Below, piece by piece: positions 38,815 through 52,135 of a DNA stretch of 64,000 nucleotides. The position numbers and the translations under genes are program-made. Origin of the DNA: Chiloscyllium plagiosum (Eukaryota). The notes beneath the pieces were generated by a model, which saw nothing but the letters and a program-made list of their open reading frames with translations, did no database searches and had not been told where the DNA came from. The stretch's first letter is position 1, and every line of letters begins with the position of its first letter. The stretch is taken from contig NC_057750.1 in assembly GCF_004010195.1 (NCBI RefSeq), positions 4,392,246 through 4,456,245 of the forward strand, given 5' to 3'.

Positions 38815-39127
38815 GGCAGCACGGTGTCTCAGTGGTTAGCACCGCTGCCTCACGGCATCAGGAACCCAGGTTTGATTCCAGCCTTGGGCAACTGACTGTC
38901 TGGAGTTAGCACATTCTCCCCGTGTCTGCGTGGGTTTCCTCCCACAATCCAAAGATGTGCAGGTTAGCTGAATTGGCCATGCTAAATTGCCCATAGTGTT
39001 AGGTGCATTAGTCAGAGGGAAGTGGGTCTGGGTGGGTTACTGTTCGGAGGGTTGGCATGGACATGTTGGGCCGAAGGGCCTGTTTCCTCACTGTAGGGAA
39101 TCGAATCTAATCTAATCTAATCTAATC
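38815..39127 (+). mobile_element. HE1-type SINE inserted into a CR1 fragment
   Basis: Forward copy with (AATCT)n tail. Confidence 0.85.
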
Positions 39128-41393
39128 TGTGCCATTCACAATCTTATAAACATCTAACAGGTCACCCCCTCAACCTCCTGCGTTCCAGTGAAAATAAACC
39201 CAGTCTATCCAACCTTTCCTAATAGCTAACATCCCCCGTACCAGGCAACATCCTGGTAAATCTTTTCTGTACCCCCTCCTAAGCAGCCACTTCCTTCTGG
39301 TGATGTGGTGACCAGAACTGTACGCAATATTCCAAGTGTGGCCTCACTAAAGTTCTACAAAGCTGAACCTGTCTCTCCTTGTACTCAATGCCCCTTCCAA
39401 CAAAGCCATAGGCCTTTTTGACTACCCTATCTGCCCAGCAATAAAGGTATCTCTCTCACGAGTTGGAGGGTTGTGAGTTCAGTTCCCACTCGCTGAGAAC
39501 TCTACTCCGAATCCTGGCTGGCATTCCCAGAGCAGTGCTGCGGAAGTGCTGGCTTTCGGATGAAAGTTTAAAGTGAGAGTCCAGAGTGCTGTCGCGCCTG
39601 AGTGTGAAAGGTCCCATTGTCAGCCTTTCAAGCAAGCACGATGATGTCGGGGTGGGAGGGGGAAGTAGGAAAGGGCGGGTTTTCACATCATGAAATCGGT
39701 TAATCCGGTCACATTCTCACCTCCTGTTCACGGGAGCTTGCTGTGTACCAAACCTCCAATACTGAGACACACCCGTTGGTCAGCTACGCTGCACTTTGGG
39801 ATGTCCAGTGGCTGTGAAAGGCGCTATACAAATGCAAGTACATTCTGGCCCTGATGATGAAGACCGATTCACAGAGGCTGCTGGGATTGGGATACACTCA
39901 GGACACAAAATTATCGTTTTAATCCTTCGTGGGCTAGCTGCCGAGGCAGTTCCCTGTTCCTGAGTGCCCCCTGAACCGAGTGTCTCCGCTGGGGCCATTA
40001 CAGCGGGAAGTTAAGAATCAACCACATGGCTTTGGGTCTGGAGTCACATATAGGCCAGAATGGGGTAAGGTCGGCAGATTTCCTTCCCTAAAGGATATCT
40101 GTGAACCGGGTGGGGTTTTAATAACAATCAATGATGGTATCATGGTCGCCATCCCCAAGACCACCGCTCGATTCCTGAGTTTATGAATTGGGTTTAGATT
40201 CCACGGGTTGCTGTGATGGAACTTGAAGCCACGTCTCCTGGATTACTAATCCACAATATTCCCGTTCTCCCACCCACTCCACCGTTCCGGTTATAGGGAG
40301 GGGCACCAGTGCACCATGGGTCACTGCAGCAAGCTGGGATCCTGAGGGTATTCCCATGAGCTCTCATTGACAGGACTCACACGGGGAGTTTAAAATTCCC
40401 TCCTGGGAAACATTGTGAGTCCGGCCAGAGTGAGATCGGAGGGCGAGAAGTGTAGAGACTTGGGCTGCCTGCCCTGGCCTTACCCTGTGGGTCTGTTACC
40501 TGGACATGATGTGGACCCTTCAGTAGCAGGTTGGAAACGCTGCCCACGAGTGTGACACTTAAGAATTAACTGAAGTGTTGATTCACCCCAGCCCCTACAA
40601 AGCGGGTCAATGCCCCCTTCCTGCCTTGTCATGTCTCGCCCCGATACTGCTCACCCCTCCCAATTTCCCCAGCAACTCCTCTTCACCTCCTGGACATCCT
40701 CTCTCAGTACAAAACTAGACAGCACAGGTTTAAGGTGAGCGGGGAAAGATTTGAAAGGAACCCAAGGGGCAACTTTTTCACACAGAGAGGTGGTGCGTGT
40801 ATGGAATGAGCTGCCAGAGGAAGTGGTGGAGGCTGGTACAATTACAGCATTTAAAAGGCATCTGGATGGGTTTATAAATAGGAAGGGTTGAGAGGGTTAT
40901 GGGCCAAATGCTGGCAAATGGGAATAGATTAATTTAGGATATCTGGTTGGCATGGATGAGTTGGGCTATTTCTGTGCTGTACATCTCTATGAATCTTTTG
41001 ACACGGTCTGTCTCGCTGTCTCCGTGTGTGTGTGTGTGTGTGTCTGTACATTTAGAATTTTATGTATGTTTCAGAGGGGATGGTTGAAATGGGGTGAACA
41101 TTTTTGGAGATCAGAGGTTGCAAAAGGAGAGGGGTAAACACTCCTTATGTTCCCTCTTTGACTCCCTACACCCACTGCTCCCCTCCTCCTCACTTCCCAC
41201 CCTCTCACTCCTGTGCACTGTTACTCAACCCTCAGCCACAGCTCATTCCTCCAGCGACCCGCCCCTCGATGGCCCTGTGTGTAAACCTTGAGCTGATCCA
41301 TGCCTTGTGTGTGAATCTCTCTCTCTCTCTCTCTCTCACTCTCACTCACTCATTCACTCACTCACACACAGGCTGTTTGCTCATTCTCTGTAG

Positions 41394-41574
41394 GAGTGCC
41401 ATCAGTGCAAGAGACCTTTCGAGGAGGGGGACCGTAAGCATCACTGCCGTGCGTGTGGAGAGGGTTGCTGTGACACCTGCTCCAGTAAAAGTATACCAGT
41501 CCCGGAACGAGGCTGGGGGTCCGCTGCAGTGAGAGTGTGTGACAATTGCTTCAGAACAGGGGGGAAAAGCACAG
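41394..41574 (+). CDS. ZFYVE1: ZFYVE1-like coding exon, FYVE finger 1
   Basis: tgtag|GAG...G|gtaaac, 181 nt; ECHQCKRPFEEGDRKHHCRACGEGCCDTCSSKSIPVPERGWGSAAVRVCDNCFRTGGKST. Confidence 0.95.
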
Positions 41575-42034
41575 GTAAACATTACTGACGCTCTGTTACC
41601 CTCTCGCTCAGCACGCAGACACCTTGTCCACTCCGCAGAGCGTTACACCGCAAGGAGGAGGGGGATCGTGCATTACTGGATGATTACACAGCGGATGGAG
41701 GTCATTTGGCCCATCGTGTTAATGCTGGCCCCTTTGGAAGGAGCCATCCCCTTCTGCAGTTGTCAGTTTTCAGATCGTGATCCATTTCCCTCTTAAACAT
41801 CGTGATCAAATCTGCTTCCCTCACGTTTTCAGGTGGTGCATTCCAGACCCCAGCCGCACTTTACTAGAACGCGGGAGACACCATTCATACTCGGGTGGGG
41901 GGGGGTGTTCCTATTTTAACAGGAGGCGTTTACTCTGACAGCCATTGGGTTTGGGCAACTCAATTCCCAAAGGTAGGTGGATTCCAGAAAAGTGGGATAC
42001 TGAAAGGTTATTACAGGTGAGAATTTGGAATGGT

Positions 42035-42284
42035 CATAGAATCCCTGGAGTGTGGAAATGGACCATTTGACCCATTGGGTCCACACTGACCCTCCGAAGA
42101 GCATCCCTGTAACCCAGCTTTTCCCATGGCCAATCCACCCTAACCCTGCACATCTTTGGACTGCAGGAGGAAACACCCAGACTCTGGGAGAATGTGCAAC
42201 TCCACACAGACAGTCACCCGAGGGGGGAATCGAACCCGGGTCCCCAGCGCTGTGAGGCAGTGGTGTTAACCACTGAGCTGCCCC
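42035..42284 (-). mobile_element. HE1-type SINE
   Basis: Reverse copy with internal deletions. Confidence 0.75.
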
Positions 42285-42819
42285 TGTCTAACTGCAGCCT
42301 TTCCCTCCCCATGGCCCCCTTAAAACCAAAAGAACAAGGTTTGACCCAGTGACACTGAACAGTGATTGAAGTGCCACAAGTTGTCCTGAGGGGAGTGTTG
42401 TGAGAGAGGGACTCATCAAGACGAGATCTGACTGGGAATAAATTGGGTCCTGGAGGTTTTGTCATATGACCCCACCAAACTGCCCAGCCATTGGTCATCC
42501 ATCCTCTGCCTTCCTAGGCCAACCAGAAAGTAAAAAGACTCCTTGGATGACACCTGACCATCAGCGAAATTGCCTGTTTTAGTTCACTAATATTTTTTTA
42601 ACATCTGGTGAGGAAAAGTGTTAAACAGTTCTGTTTAAATGTTCCGAAGATATATCTCGAGTGTTGGAGGGTCTGGACGTTGACTCGCAATTCTTGGCGA
42701 ATGTGGGTTCAGTCCTGGAGGATTGTGGGTGAGCCCAACTTCCTGTCCGTGATGATGAGGAAAAGTCTCTGGAAATTCTCTTCCTATCATTGTTTAAAAA
42801 AAAATAAATTGCTTTTCAG

Positions 42820-42930
42820 GAAAGGAGCTGGGGTCAGCGAGAGAAGGCAAAGGGTTATTGGCTCGCAGGATTACAGAGGTGGCTCAGAGCACTCTAGATA
42901 CGATGACTTCAGCAGTCGAATATCCGCTTG
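42820..42930 (+). CDS. ZFYVE1: ZFYVE1-like coding exon, inter-FYVE linker
   Basis: ttcag|GA...G|gtatgt, 111 nt; GKELGSAREGKGLLARRITEVAQSTLDTMTSAVEYPL. Confidence 0.88.
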
Positions 42931-43944
42931 GTATGTACACCGACTGTTTTCTTTATTGCTTCACAGTACCATTGGCAACGTCAGCATTTTGTTACCCGTC
43001 CCCAATTACCCCCTTGAACGGAATGGCTTGCCCTGGCCATTTCAGAGACAACCTCATCACTGTGGGTCTGGAGTCACGTGTAGTCCAGACTGGGTAAGGA
43101 CTGCAGATTTCCTACTCCAGTGATGGATGTGATGGTCAACACCACTGAGGGTGGGGGGGAAAGCAAAATCCAGATTTTTATTTTGATAAATAAAGCCACC
43201 GCCAGTGTCGCCAGTGTCGCCAACTAAATTAACGATTAACACGTACATTTGGGCACCAAGAACAAAAGGGGAAGAGAGATCTAAGTTAAAGTGGAGTACC
43301 CACCTTTCTCTCAATGCCTTGAGTGTGCTACTAGACTAACAGACACAACCATTCATGTGGGAGACCTGCAGTCAGTTCCTCCCCTCTTTTCTCCCCCACC
43401 CTACCCTACCCTTCCCTCCCTCCCTCACGACCCCCTTCACAACCTTCTGACCGTCAGTGGCCAACTTCCTCAATTCTGTAAATTGAGTTTGAGTAGCACC
43501 AGTCCCCGTGCCAGGGTTCGAACCCGTGTCCCCGGGGTTTTAACCCTCCCCCACCACCACCACCTGCCCACCCCTCCGAGTGTCCGAGGGGCATCGATAT
43601 CGCAGAGATTAGTGGGGCTGGAGATTCCTGAGATAGGAAGAGACCAGGATGTGGAAAACGAGAATTGAATATGGCTCCTGGTCTTTTCTGTGGGGACATG
43701 CAAATGATGCTTTTTGATGGGCTGAAGGGCCTCTTCTGTGCTATTTGACTCGATGACCCTTGGCCCAGGCTTCCCAGTGTTGACTCGATGACCTTTGGCC
43801 CAGGCTTCCCAGTGTTGCACAGGCGGTGTCCATGGTAAACGCACTCTGAGTGAGAAGGAGTGCGGTGAGGGCTGTGTGGAAGAATTTGTGTGGTATTTTC
43901 TGTATTTTATTATTTCCACACCCGGGTTGTTGTTGTTTTTCCAG

Positions 43945-44177
43945 GGTTTGTCAAGGAAGTGGCAAGGCCTGATTATTGGGTGCCAGATCACGAGCTGGTC
44001 AAGTGCCACCGCTGCGCGAAGCCCTTTTCAGGCATGACGGCCAAGCACCACTGCCGAGCCTGCGGCCTAGGCATCTGTGGTCAGTGCTCCCCGGAGTTGA
44101 GGACTGTGCCATCTCGGGGTTGGCACCACCCAGTCAGGGTCTGTCTGGACTGTAGCGAGCAGAAAGGGGAGCTCTGA
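43945..44177 (+). CDS. ZFYVE1: ZFYVE1-like last coding exon, FYVE finger 2 and stop
   Basis: tccag|GG...TGA, 233 nt; GFVKEVARPDYWVPDHELVKCHRC...AKHHCRACGLGICGQCS...RGWHHPVRVCLDCSEQKGEL*. Confidence 0.95.
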
Positions 44178-44754
44178 GGCCCAGCCCCTTCACTCGAAGC
44201 CTTGGTCACCTGTGTGAGCGAGTCACTGAGGACCATCTCCTCGAGGGGCAGGATCAGAGTCTGATTCCAGGGAAGGTTCACCAGGCGTTCTACACCCTCC
44301 CTCGGCTAATCTACATCCAGTTCCTGCCGGTTAAAACCACAGTAAGGACGACACGTTGTCTAGGCCACTCATGTTGACACTGGCCTGAGGGACAAATATG
44401 GCCGACAGGCCTGGACGTCGCCAACTCTGGACATCGATCCTGAAGAGTCTGTCATGTGACTTATTGTCCTTTCACACTCTCCCCCTAGTACCTTACTATT
44501 GGCTGATTTACACATCAATCATCTTGACCCCTTCCTCCTACAGCCAATCAGAAAGTGAGCACGCCCTTTCTCTGCACTGATTGGCCAACACTCCATTTCA
44601 GTCAAGCTGCCTTCCACTTAATTCATCTCAAAATATTAATTGAAAGTCACTAGTGAATGGTTGCCCCAGAAGTTAAACTTCAACCTTCAGGAGCCTTAAT
44701 GATGTGTAAATGAAAGGAGTTTGTGCGGATAATTATTCGCTTTTCTTAAAAATT

Positions 44755-44947
44755 GACTAATCAGAATCTACTTACCTGGTCTGTGACTGAAGATTGACAG
44801 TTAACTGCCCACAGCAACCCTCTGACCAACCAGAATCCACTTGCCTGTTCAGTGAATGAAGATTGACAATTAACTGCCCCATGGCATTACCCTGACCATT
44901 CAGAATGTGCTTGCCTGTTCTGCGAATGAAGATTGACAATTAACTGT
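44755..44947 (+). repeat. Diverged ~70-bp tandem repeat (~2.7 copies) in the putative 3' UTR
   Basis: CAGAAT at 44762, 44831 and 44901, each followed by ...TGAAGATTGACARTTAACTG. Confidence 0.75.
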
Positions 44948-46300
44948 TCTTGCCAACTCTCCAGGTTAGTGACTGGCCAACCAATCAGCACCCTCTGCTC
45001 TTGTTTTATAAAAGGGTTCCACAAACAAAAACCAGGAATTGCTGGAAACGCTCAGCAGATCTGGCCACGTCTGAGGAGAGAGAACTTGGGGTTAAAGTTT
45101 CAGGAGAATGGTCAAGCCTGTCTGTTATTTCCTCGTCCTGACCATTGCAAGGCAATCTGTTTGGCCGTCTTCTCTGTTTTCAGCAACATTTAAACGTATA
45201 GACGACCTTATCCAGACTGGAACCATTCACCTGTTGGTGTGCTACACCTTCTCTCTGGTTTTCATATTCTTCCTGAAGCTTGACCCCAGTTTTTATTTTG
45301 CATTGGCTGAGCAGCTGAAGCTGAGCTCCCGTATTGCAGGATGTAATAATTAAGAAGACGAGGATACGACAGAAGATACATGGAAATATATTGCCGCCCC
45401 TTCGGTATCCCTAGAATTCCCTCCCTAACAGCCACCTTCTCAAGGGGCAATTAGGGACGGCCAATAAATGCTGGCCCAGCCAGTGACACTCTTGTCCCAT
45501 GAACTAATTTCAAAGTTTGTAAGCACTTTTGTTTCGAAATGTTTGACAATGCACTTTCCTTTTGAAGAGGTTTGCACAGCCTTTGACACTTTGCAAGGGC
45601 ATTTTCCAAGTCTGTACCTCTCTGTCCTTTTACTGAGCACCCACCAGGGTCTGTGACCAACAGCGGTCGTGAGAGCATTTCGAGATGGGCGTGGGTTAAG
45701 CCCCAACAGTGGGCCAGGCCAGAACAGTTGACTTGTTCTCTCAGCATCCTGCTTAATGCTCAGTTCCCTTAAACAGAGGTAATCCAGACCAATCATGCAG
45801 CAGAACAACAGTATAGAAATCGTGAAGCACTCCATGGCTGAATAGCCTTGTGATTCTCAATGGCCAGCTCTGGAGCCTGGGTATCCTGAGGTTTGACATG
45901 GAAGAGGGTTATGTCTTCAGAGGGAACAGGAGACAATTTTACTGAACACAAGCTGTTCATCAGTTTGAAAATTGATGCCGTGTAGTGTCAGTTAATGAGT
46001 GGAAGGTTAGAGCGGTTTTAATTCATTCCTAAACAACATCAACAGACCTGCCCAATAAAATGCAGTTAGCGATGATAATTCCAAACAAATTGTGTTCTGA
46101 AAATTAACCACAGCCAATGACAGCAGTGTGTGGTCTCCAAAAATCATTGACATTAAAGATGATCCAGCCTCTACCTTCCTGTATTGATTTAAAAGCATCC
46201 GATTGTGTGACGGTGCAGTCTGTGTCAGAGATTAGTTGTCAATCTTTGATGCCCAAAGTCTGAATCAATCTAGAAAAAAAATTCCAGAAAAAAAATCTTC

Positions 46301-46350
46301 ATTAAAAAGGTGAGACTTTGAGTTGGTACTTTTTCCTTTTTTTATTTTTC
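46301..46350 (+). terminator. Candidate polyadenylation signal for the ZFYVE1-like gene
   Basis: ATTAAA at 46301-46306 followed by a GT/T-rich tract; an AATAAA near 46054 is an alternative. Confidence 0.3.
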
Positions 46351-46832
46351 TCTCACTCTCTCACTCTCTCACTCTCTCACTCTCTCACTCTCTCACTCTC
46401 TCACTCTCTCTCACTTTGTGTGTGTGTGTCTCTCTCTCACACACACAGAGCTGGCAGAAGTGTGATGGACTGAATGGCCTCCTGTACTGTACCATTCTGT
46501 GAACAGTTTGCACTGCTGCTGAGCTGGATCCTGTTCAGACACAACGTGCCTGTTCCATGTTCGTTTAAGCCCCATCGCTAAACGTGGAGCAAGCGGTGAG
46601 ATTAAATGGAGCCGGTTTGATAATGCAAGTGATTATTTGAGAAAGTGGGTTAAGGTTGTGCCTCCCTTGTATCTCTGTGGCTTGACAAGAGTAAATGCTG
46701 AAAAGATGTTTCCCCATGTGGGGGAGCGGAGAGACAAGGCGTAAAAAGAGAAAACCACTCAGTCCTTTGAACCCGCACCATTATTCATAAGATCTGATTT
46801 TTCACCTCAACGCTATGTTCCTGCAATATTTG

Positions 46833-49800
46833 GGGTGGCTCAGTGGTTAGCACTGCTGCCTCACAGCACCAGGGACCCGGGTTCGATTCCAGCCTCGGGC
46901 CGACTGTCTGTGTAGAGTTTGCACATTCTCTCCGTGTCTGCGTGGGTTTCTTCCCACAGTCCAAAGATGTGCCGGTGGATTAGCTGTGGGAAATGTGGGA
47001 GGTATTCTTCGGAGGGTCAGTATGGGATGAGTGGCCTCTAGGACTGTTATGATCCCTGAAAATCTTTTGTCCCCTTGGTCAGCAAGAATCTCTGCCTTAA
47101 AAATGTTTAAAGATTCTGTGTCCACTGCTTTCTGGGTGAAAGGAATCCAAAGACATTCGACCCTCTGAGAAAAAAAAATGTTTCCTCATCTGTTTTAAAA
47201 CCATGACCCCTCGTTCTAGATTCTCTACCCAGAGGGAAACATACTTTCAGCATCCATCCAGTCAAGTCCCCTCAGGATCTTATATGTTTCAATTAAATTG
47301 CCTCTGGACTCCAGAGAGTACAGGCCTTAACATAGAGCAAGGGGGGGCACAGCTTACAGATCAAAGGTCTCCATTTAAACCAGTAAGGAAGATAATGTTT
47401 TATTCTCTCTGGGGATTATCAGTCTCCCGTGGAGAGCAGTGAAAGCTAGGCTGTTGAATTCAGTCAAGGTTGTGTTCAATAGCTGTTTGTTGACAATGGA
47501 GTCAGGGGTTGCCCTGGAGAGGGCGTCAGGCCAGGAAAACAGAGCTGAGGCCACCACCTGATCAGCCATGACCTTACCGAATGGTGGAACAGGACTGAAG
47601 GGCCGAATGGCCCAATCCAGCTAACAGCTTTCGGGGTTACCCCACAGAGAAAATCAGGTTCAGATTGATTATTCCAGAGATGCCGGTGAGCTCAGTGGGG
47701 CCGGGGAAATGGGGTTGGCTTTCAGTGTGAGATCTCCTGCGGCCAAGCTGCCCAAACTCACCACGCTGTTCATTTTGATCGGGGAAAATCACAGGCCAAC
47801 AAATGCAGAGATCCCGGTTGCAGCCTCCAGAGACAATTTTATTAGATTAGATTCCCTACAGTATGGGGACAGGCCCTTCGGCCCAGCAATTCCACACTGA
47901 CCCTCTGAAGAGTAATCATCCAGGCCCATTCCCTGACAAATACGCCTAACACTGTGGGCAATTTAGCATGTCCAATCCACTCTGATCTGCACATCCTTGG
48001 ACTGTGGGAGGAAATCGGAGCACCCGGAGGAAACCCGCGCAGACACGGGGAGAATGTGTAAACTCCACGCAGTCACCCGAGGTGGGAGTTGAACATGAGT
48101 CCCTGACACTGTGAGACAGCAGTGCTAACCACTGAGCCACCATACTGCCCATTCCTTCCTCACCCAAGCGAGACTGGTAGATTCTGGGGAGGCACTGGCT
48201 AGACAGTAACCTGGCTGGGCTAGGGGAAATAACCAACGTTAAACACCCAGACCAGCTGGGGTTACGAGTCAGGCAGACCAATGTCTGCAGCAAAATTACC
48301 ATATTTTCCCACGTAGGCCACAAATATCTTGAAAGGCTGAAATATTCAAATAATTCCTACTGTTCTGTGTAAACCAGCTTTGATCTAACAGACTGTGTAC
48401 ACCTTTTAGAGCTAATCTGAAGACTGTGAAATGTACCCAATGAGGATAAAAGGTCTGGGAGGGAGGAACGGGAGACAAATTGGGACAGTTTTACCTTTTG
48501 AGACCTGTTTGCAAAGGATTAGATTACAGTATGGAAACAGGCCCTTACTCCACACAGTCAGTCACCTGAGGCAGGAATTGAACCCGGGTCTCTGGCGCTG
48601 TGAGGCAGCAGTGCTAACCACTGTGCCACTGTGCCGCCCACAACAGAGAACAAATTAACAGCAGAGAAACAGGCCATTCAGCCCTCTTGAATGGGCAGGA
48701 GAGATTGGTCGCTACTTTGAAGAAGGGCAAGGGAATATTTATCTGGTGGTGATCACATTTGCTCTTAATGGGAGCTTGTGGGGCGGCACAGTGACTCAGT
48801 GGTTAGCACTGCTGCCTCACAGCACCAGGGTCCCAGGTTCAATTCCAGCCTCGGTGACTGTGTGGAGTTGGCTCGTTCTTTCTGTGTCTGTGTGGGTTTC
48901 TTCTTACAGTCCAAAGATGTGCAGGTCAGGTGAATTGGCCATGCTTAATTGCCCATAGTGCTAGGTGCATTAGTCAGAGGGAGAATGGGTCTGGGTGGAT
49001 TACTCTTCGGTGGGTCGGTGTGGACTGGTTGGGCCGAAGGGCCTGTTTCCCCATTATAGGGAATCTAACCAAATTGAAAGGGAATGAGTTTCAACTGGGA
49101 GTCCTGTGTCCTGCTTATAATTTGGAACTGCACCCTCTGGTGTTGAAAACAGTAACTGCAATCTGAAGATCCATCAGTAGGAGACAGTGAAATAATTGCA
49201 TTTGTAAAGCACCTCCTCACCATTTCTGGATGCCTAGTGCTTTACAGCAAAATAAGTCATTTTGTTTTAAGTGTAGCCTCTGTTATAATGTAGGAAACAC
49301 TGCAGTCAATTTATACACAGACCGATCCCACTTACAGCAGCATGTAAAGGGCTGGATAATTTGTTTTGACCTGTTGATTAGGAAATAAATATTGAGCTGT
49401 GGGATGGGGGATAATTCCTATAGTCATCTTCAACATAATACTATGGAAGTTTTAATGCCTACCTGAGACAGACAGAGAGACAACATGTTTTGATATTGTA
49501 CCTGCCCCATGATAAAAACATTCCAAACCATTTCAATGCTGAGTTAGATTTAGGTTAGCTACAGTGTGGAAGCAGGCCATTCAGCCTAACAAGTCCACAC
49601 CGACCCTCTGAACAGTAACCCACCCGGACCCATTTCCCTCTGAGTGTGGTGCTGGAAAAGCACAGCCGGTCAGGCAGCATCCGAGGAGTAGGAGAGTCGA
49701 CGTTTCGGACAAAAGCCATTCATCAGGAGGCATCAAGGAGCCTGAGCAAATCTGGACACACAGCGGTGAGGTTGACCCTTAATTGCCCTCTGGATGGTTA

Positions 49801-52135
49801 AGGGTGGGTAATACCCAGCCAACAATGTCCAGAGATAAATGGTAAAAATGGCACTTATTAGAATATCTAGGACTGATGTTGTTCTGGCTGAATATCTTTG
49901 TTGTCTGACTGCGTTGTGATGGTCCGGTTAGAATGATTTATAAATTATTCCACATTCTGCTTCAGAAATGGAGGGATGAGGGGAACGCACGAAAGCAAAA
50001 ATTGCTGGAGAAACACAGCAGGTCTGGCAGCATCTGTGTGGAGGGAGAGAAACTACGGGGCAGCACGGCGGCTCAGTGGTTAGCACTGCTGCCTCACAGC
50101 GCCAGGGTCCCAGGTTCAATTCCAGCCTCGGGCGACTGTGTGGAGTTTGCACATTCTCCCCATGTCTGAGTGGGTTTCCTCCCACAGTCCAAAGACGTGC
50201 AGGTTCGGGTGGATTGGCCATGCTAAATTGTCTCATTGTGTTAGGTGCATTAGTCAGGGGTAAACATGGAGTAGGAGGGTGGGTTAGTTTTCGGCGGGTC
50301 AGTGTGGACTGGTTGGGCCGAAGGGCCTGTTTCCACACTGTAGGGAATCTAATCTAATCAAACAGGGCGAATATTTTGAGTCCAGTATGACTTTTTCAGA
50401 ACTGGGTTTCTCCAGCACTTTTTATTTGATATTTATAGCGTCCAGAGTATTGATTAGGAGCGGGAGAGTTGCCTGCTCCTGATGACCTGCACCAATCTCT
50501 GACTCACTGATGTCTGAGCCGTCGGGGGGAGGAGGGGTCACGGATTTAGGATCACCGGGAAGCAAACCAGGGAGAATCTGTTTGTAACGACAGTGATCCG
50601 GAAGGCATTCCCTGAAATGGCAGTGGGATCGAACCCCAGAGGAATTTTCAAAAGGATGAGCACTAGGAAAAGTTGCAGGACGTTTTAGGGAAAAGTGGAG
50701 TGGGTGGGTGGGAAGAGTGAGAGTAATCAGGCAGCTCTGGAAAGAGCTGGAATGGGGACGATGGGCCGAGCAGTCACTATCCTGTACTGTTGGATTTTGC
50801 AAGGCCGTGCCTGTGATTCCTTGCGAGTGCAGCAGGGGGCATTTCAGCTCAGGCTGGAATAAAATGAGGGAACTGTCTACTGGATGTGGGTGCCCCATCC
50901 TCTCTGAATCCTGAAAGGGCATTCAGCTGAAACCTGCAGCCTGCTGCGTTTCTGAATCAAAACCTCCACGCTGTGGACAAACCCAGACACTCTGGGCAAG
51001 AACCCTGGAACTTGTTTTCATCTAATCCCTCCTCCAGTTTCTCCCCCACCTCCAAACGGTACCAACTCAGGAGGGTACTTGGCTCAGTTAACATGTCCCC
51101 TCCCTGTGTGAGGAGCGATTCCCAAACCGGAGAGGTTCTAACTAACCAGGAATTCTCTGTTTCTTTATTCTGGAGAAGTGAATACAAATCCTGAGGAGCA
51201 GGTTTGATGAATCGGAAGGTGTTTCTGCTTATGAAGGGAGACCAGAGTTAGATGGTCACTGACAAACCCAGCAAGTAAATCCTCTTTGGCCAGTGCTACA
51301 TCCCCAGCTTAATGCAGGACAGGAAAAACATGGCTCGATAGATACCCAGCTATGCTTTGCTTTAGATTACTTACAGTGCGGAAACAGGCTCTTCGGCCCA
51401 ACAAGTCCACACTGACCCTTCGAAGAGAAACCCACCCCGCCTATATTTGCCCCTGACTAATCCCCCAAACACTAATCCCCCTGAAGAAGGGCTTATGCCC
51501 GAAACGTCGATTCTCCTGTTCCCTGGATGCTGCCTGACCTGCTGCGCTGTTCCAGCAACACATTTTCAGCCCCTAACACTACGGGCAATTTAGCACAGCC
51601 GATTCACTTAACCTGCACATCTTTGGACTGTGGGAGGAAACCAGAGCACCCGGGGGAAACCCACACAGACACGGGGAGAATGTGCAAACTCCACACAGAC
51701 AGTCGCCTGAGGCTGGAATTGAACCAGGGACCCTGGCGCAGTGTGGCAGCAGTGCTAACCACTGTGCCACCCCAGTGATGATTCACTGAACACTATTAGA
51801 AGAGTCTGCCAGTGTACTTTTATCAAAACATATAACATCCGTATTAAACAAGAGCAAGGGGTGGTGTGGTAGCTCAGTGGTTAGCACTGCTGCCTCACGG
51901 AGCCTGGGTACAATTCCACCCTCAGGCGAATGTATGTCTGAAGTTTGCGTATTCACCCTGCGTCTAGGTGGGTTTCCAGTTTTCTCCCACAGTCCAAAGA
52001 TGTGCGTGCTTTTTGGGAAAGCAAATCTTAGCAGGACTTATGCACTTAATGGTCTGGGTGGGTTTCTCTTCGGAGGGTCGGTGTGGCTGAAGGGCCTGTT
52101 TCCACACTGTAGAGAATCTAATCATCTAATCTAAT
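46833..52135. mobile_element. Cluster of HE1-type SINEs downstream of the ZFYVE1-like gene
   Basis: Copies at ~46833-47050(+), 47840-48150(-), 48518-48638(-, deleted), 48781-49068(+), 49550-49640(-, partial), 50057-50360(+), 51360-51773(-), 51858-52135(+). Confidence 0.8.
51481..51570 (+). mobile_element. Solo arm of the same Penelope-type repeat with intact hammerhead core, inserted in an HE1 SINE
   Basis: CTGAAGAAGGGCTTATGCCCGAAACGTCG...; nearly identical to 7107-7196. Confidence 0.75.
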
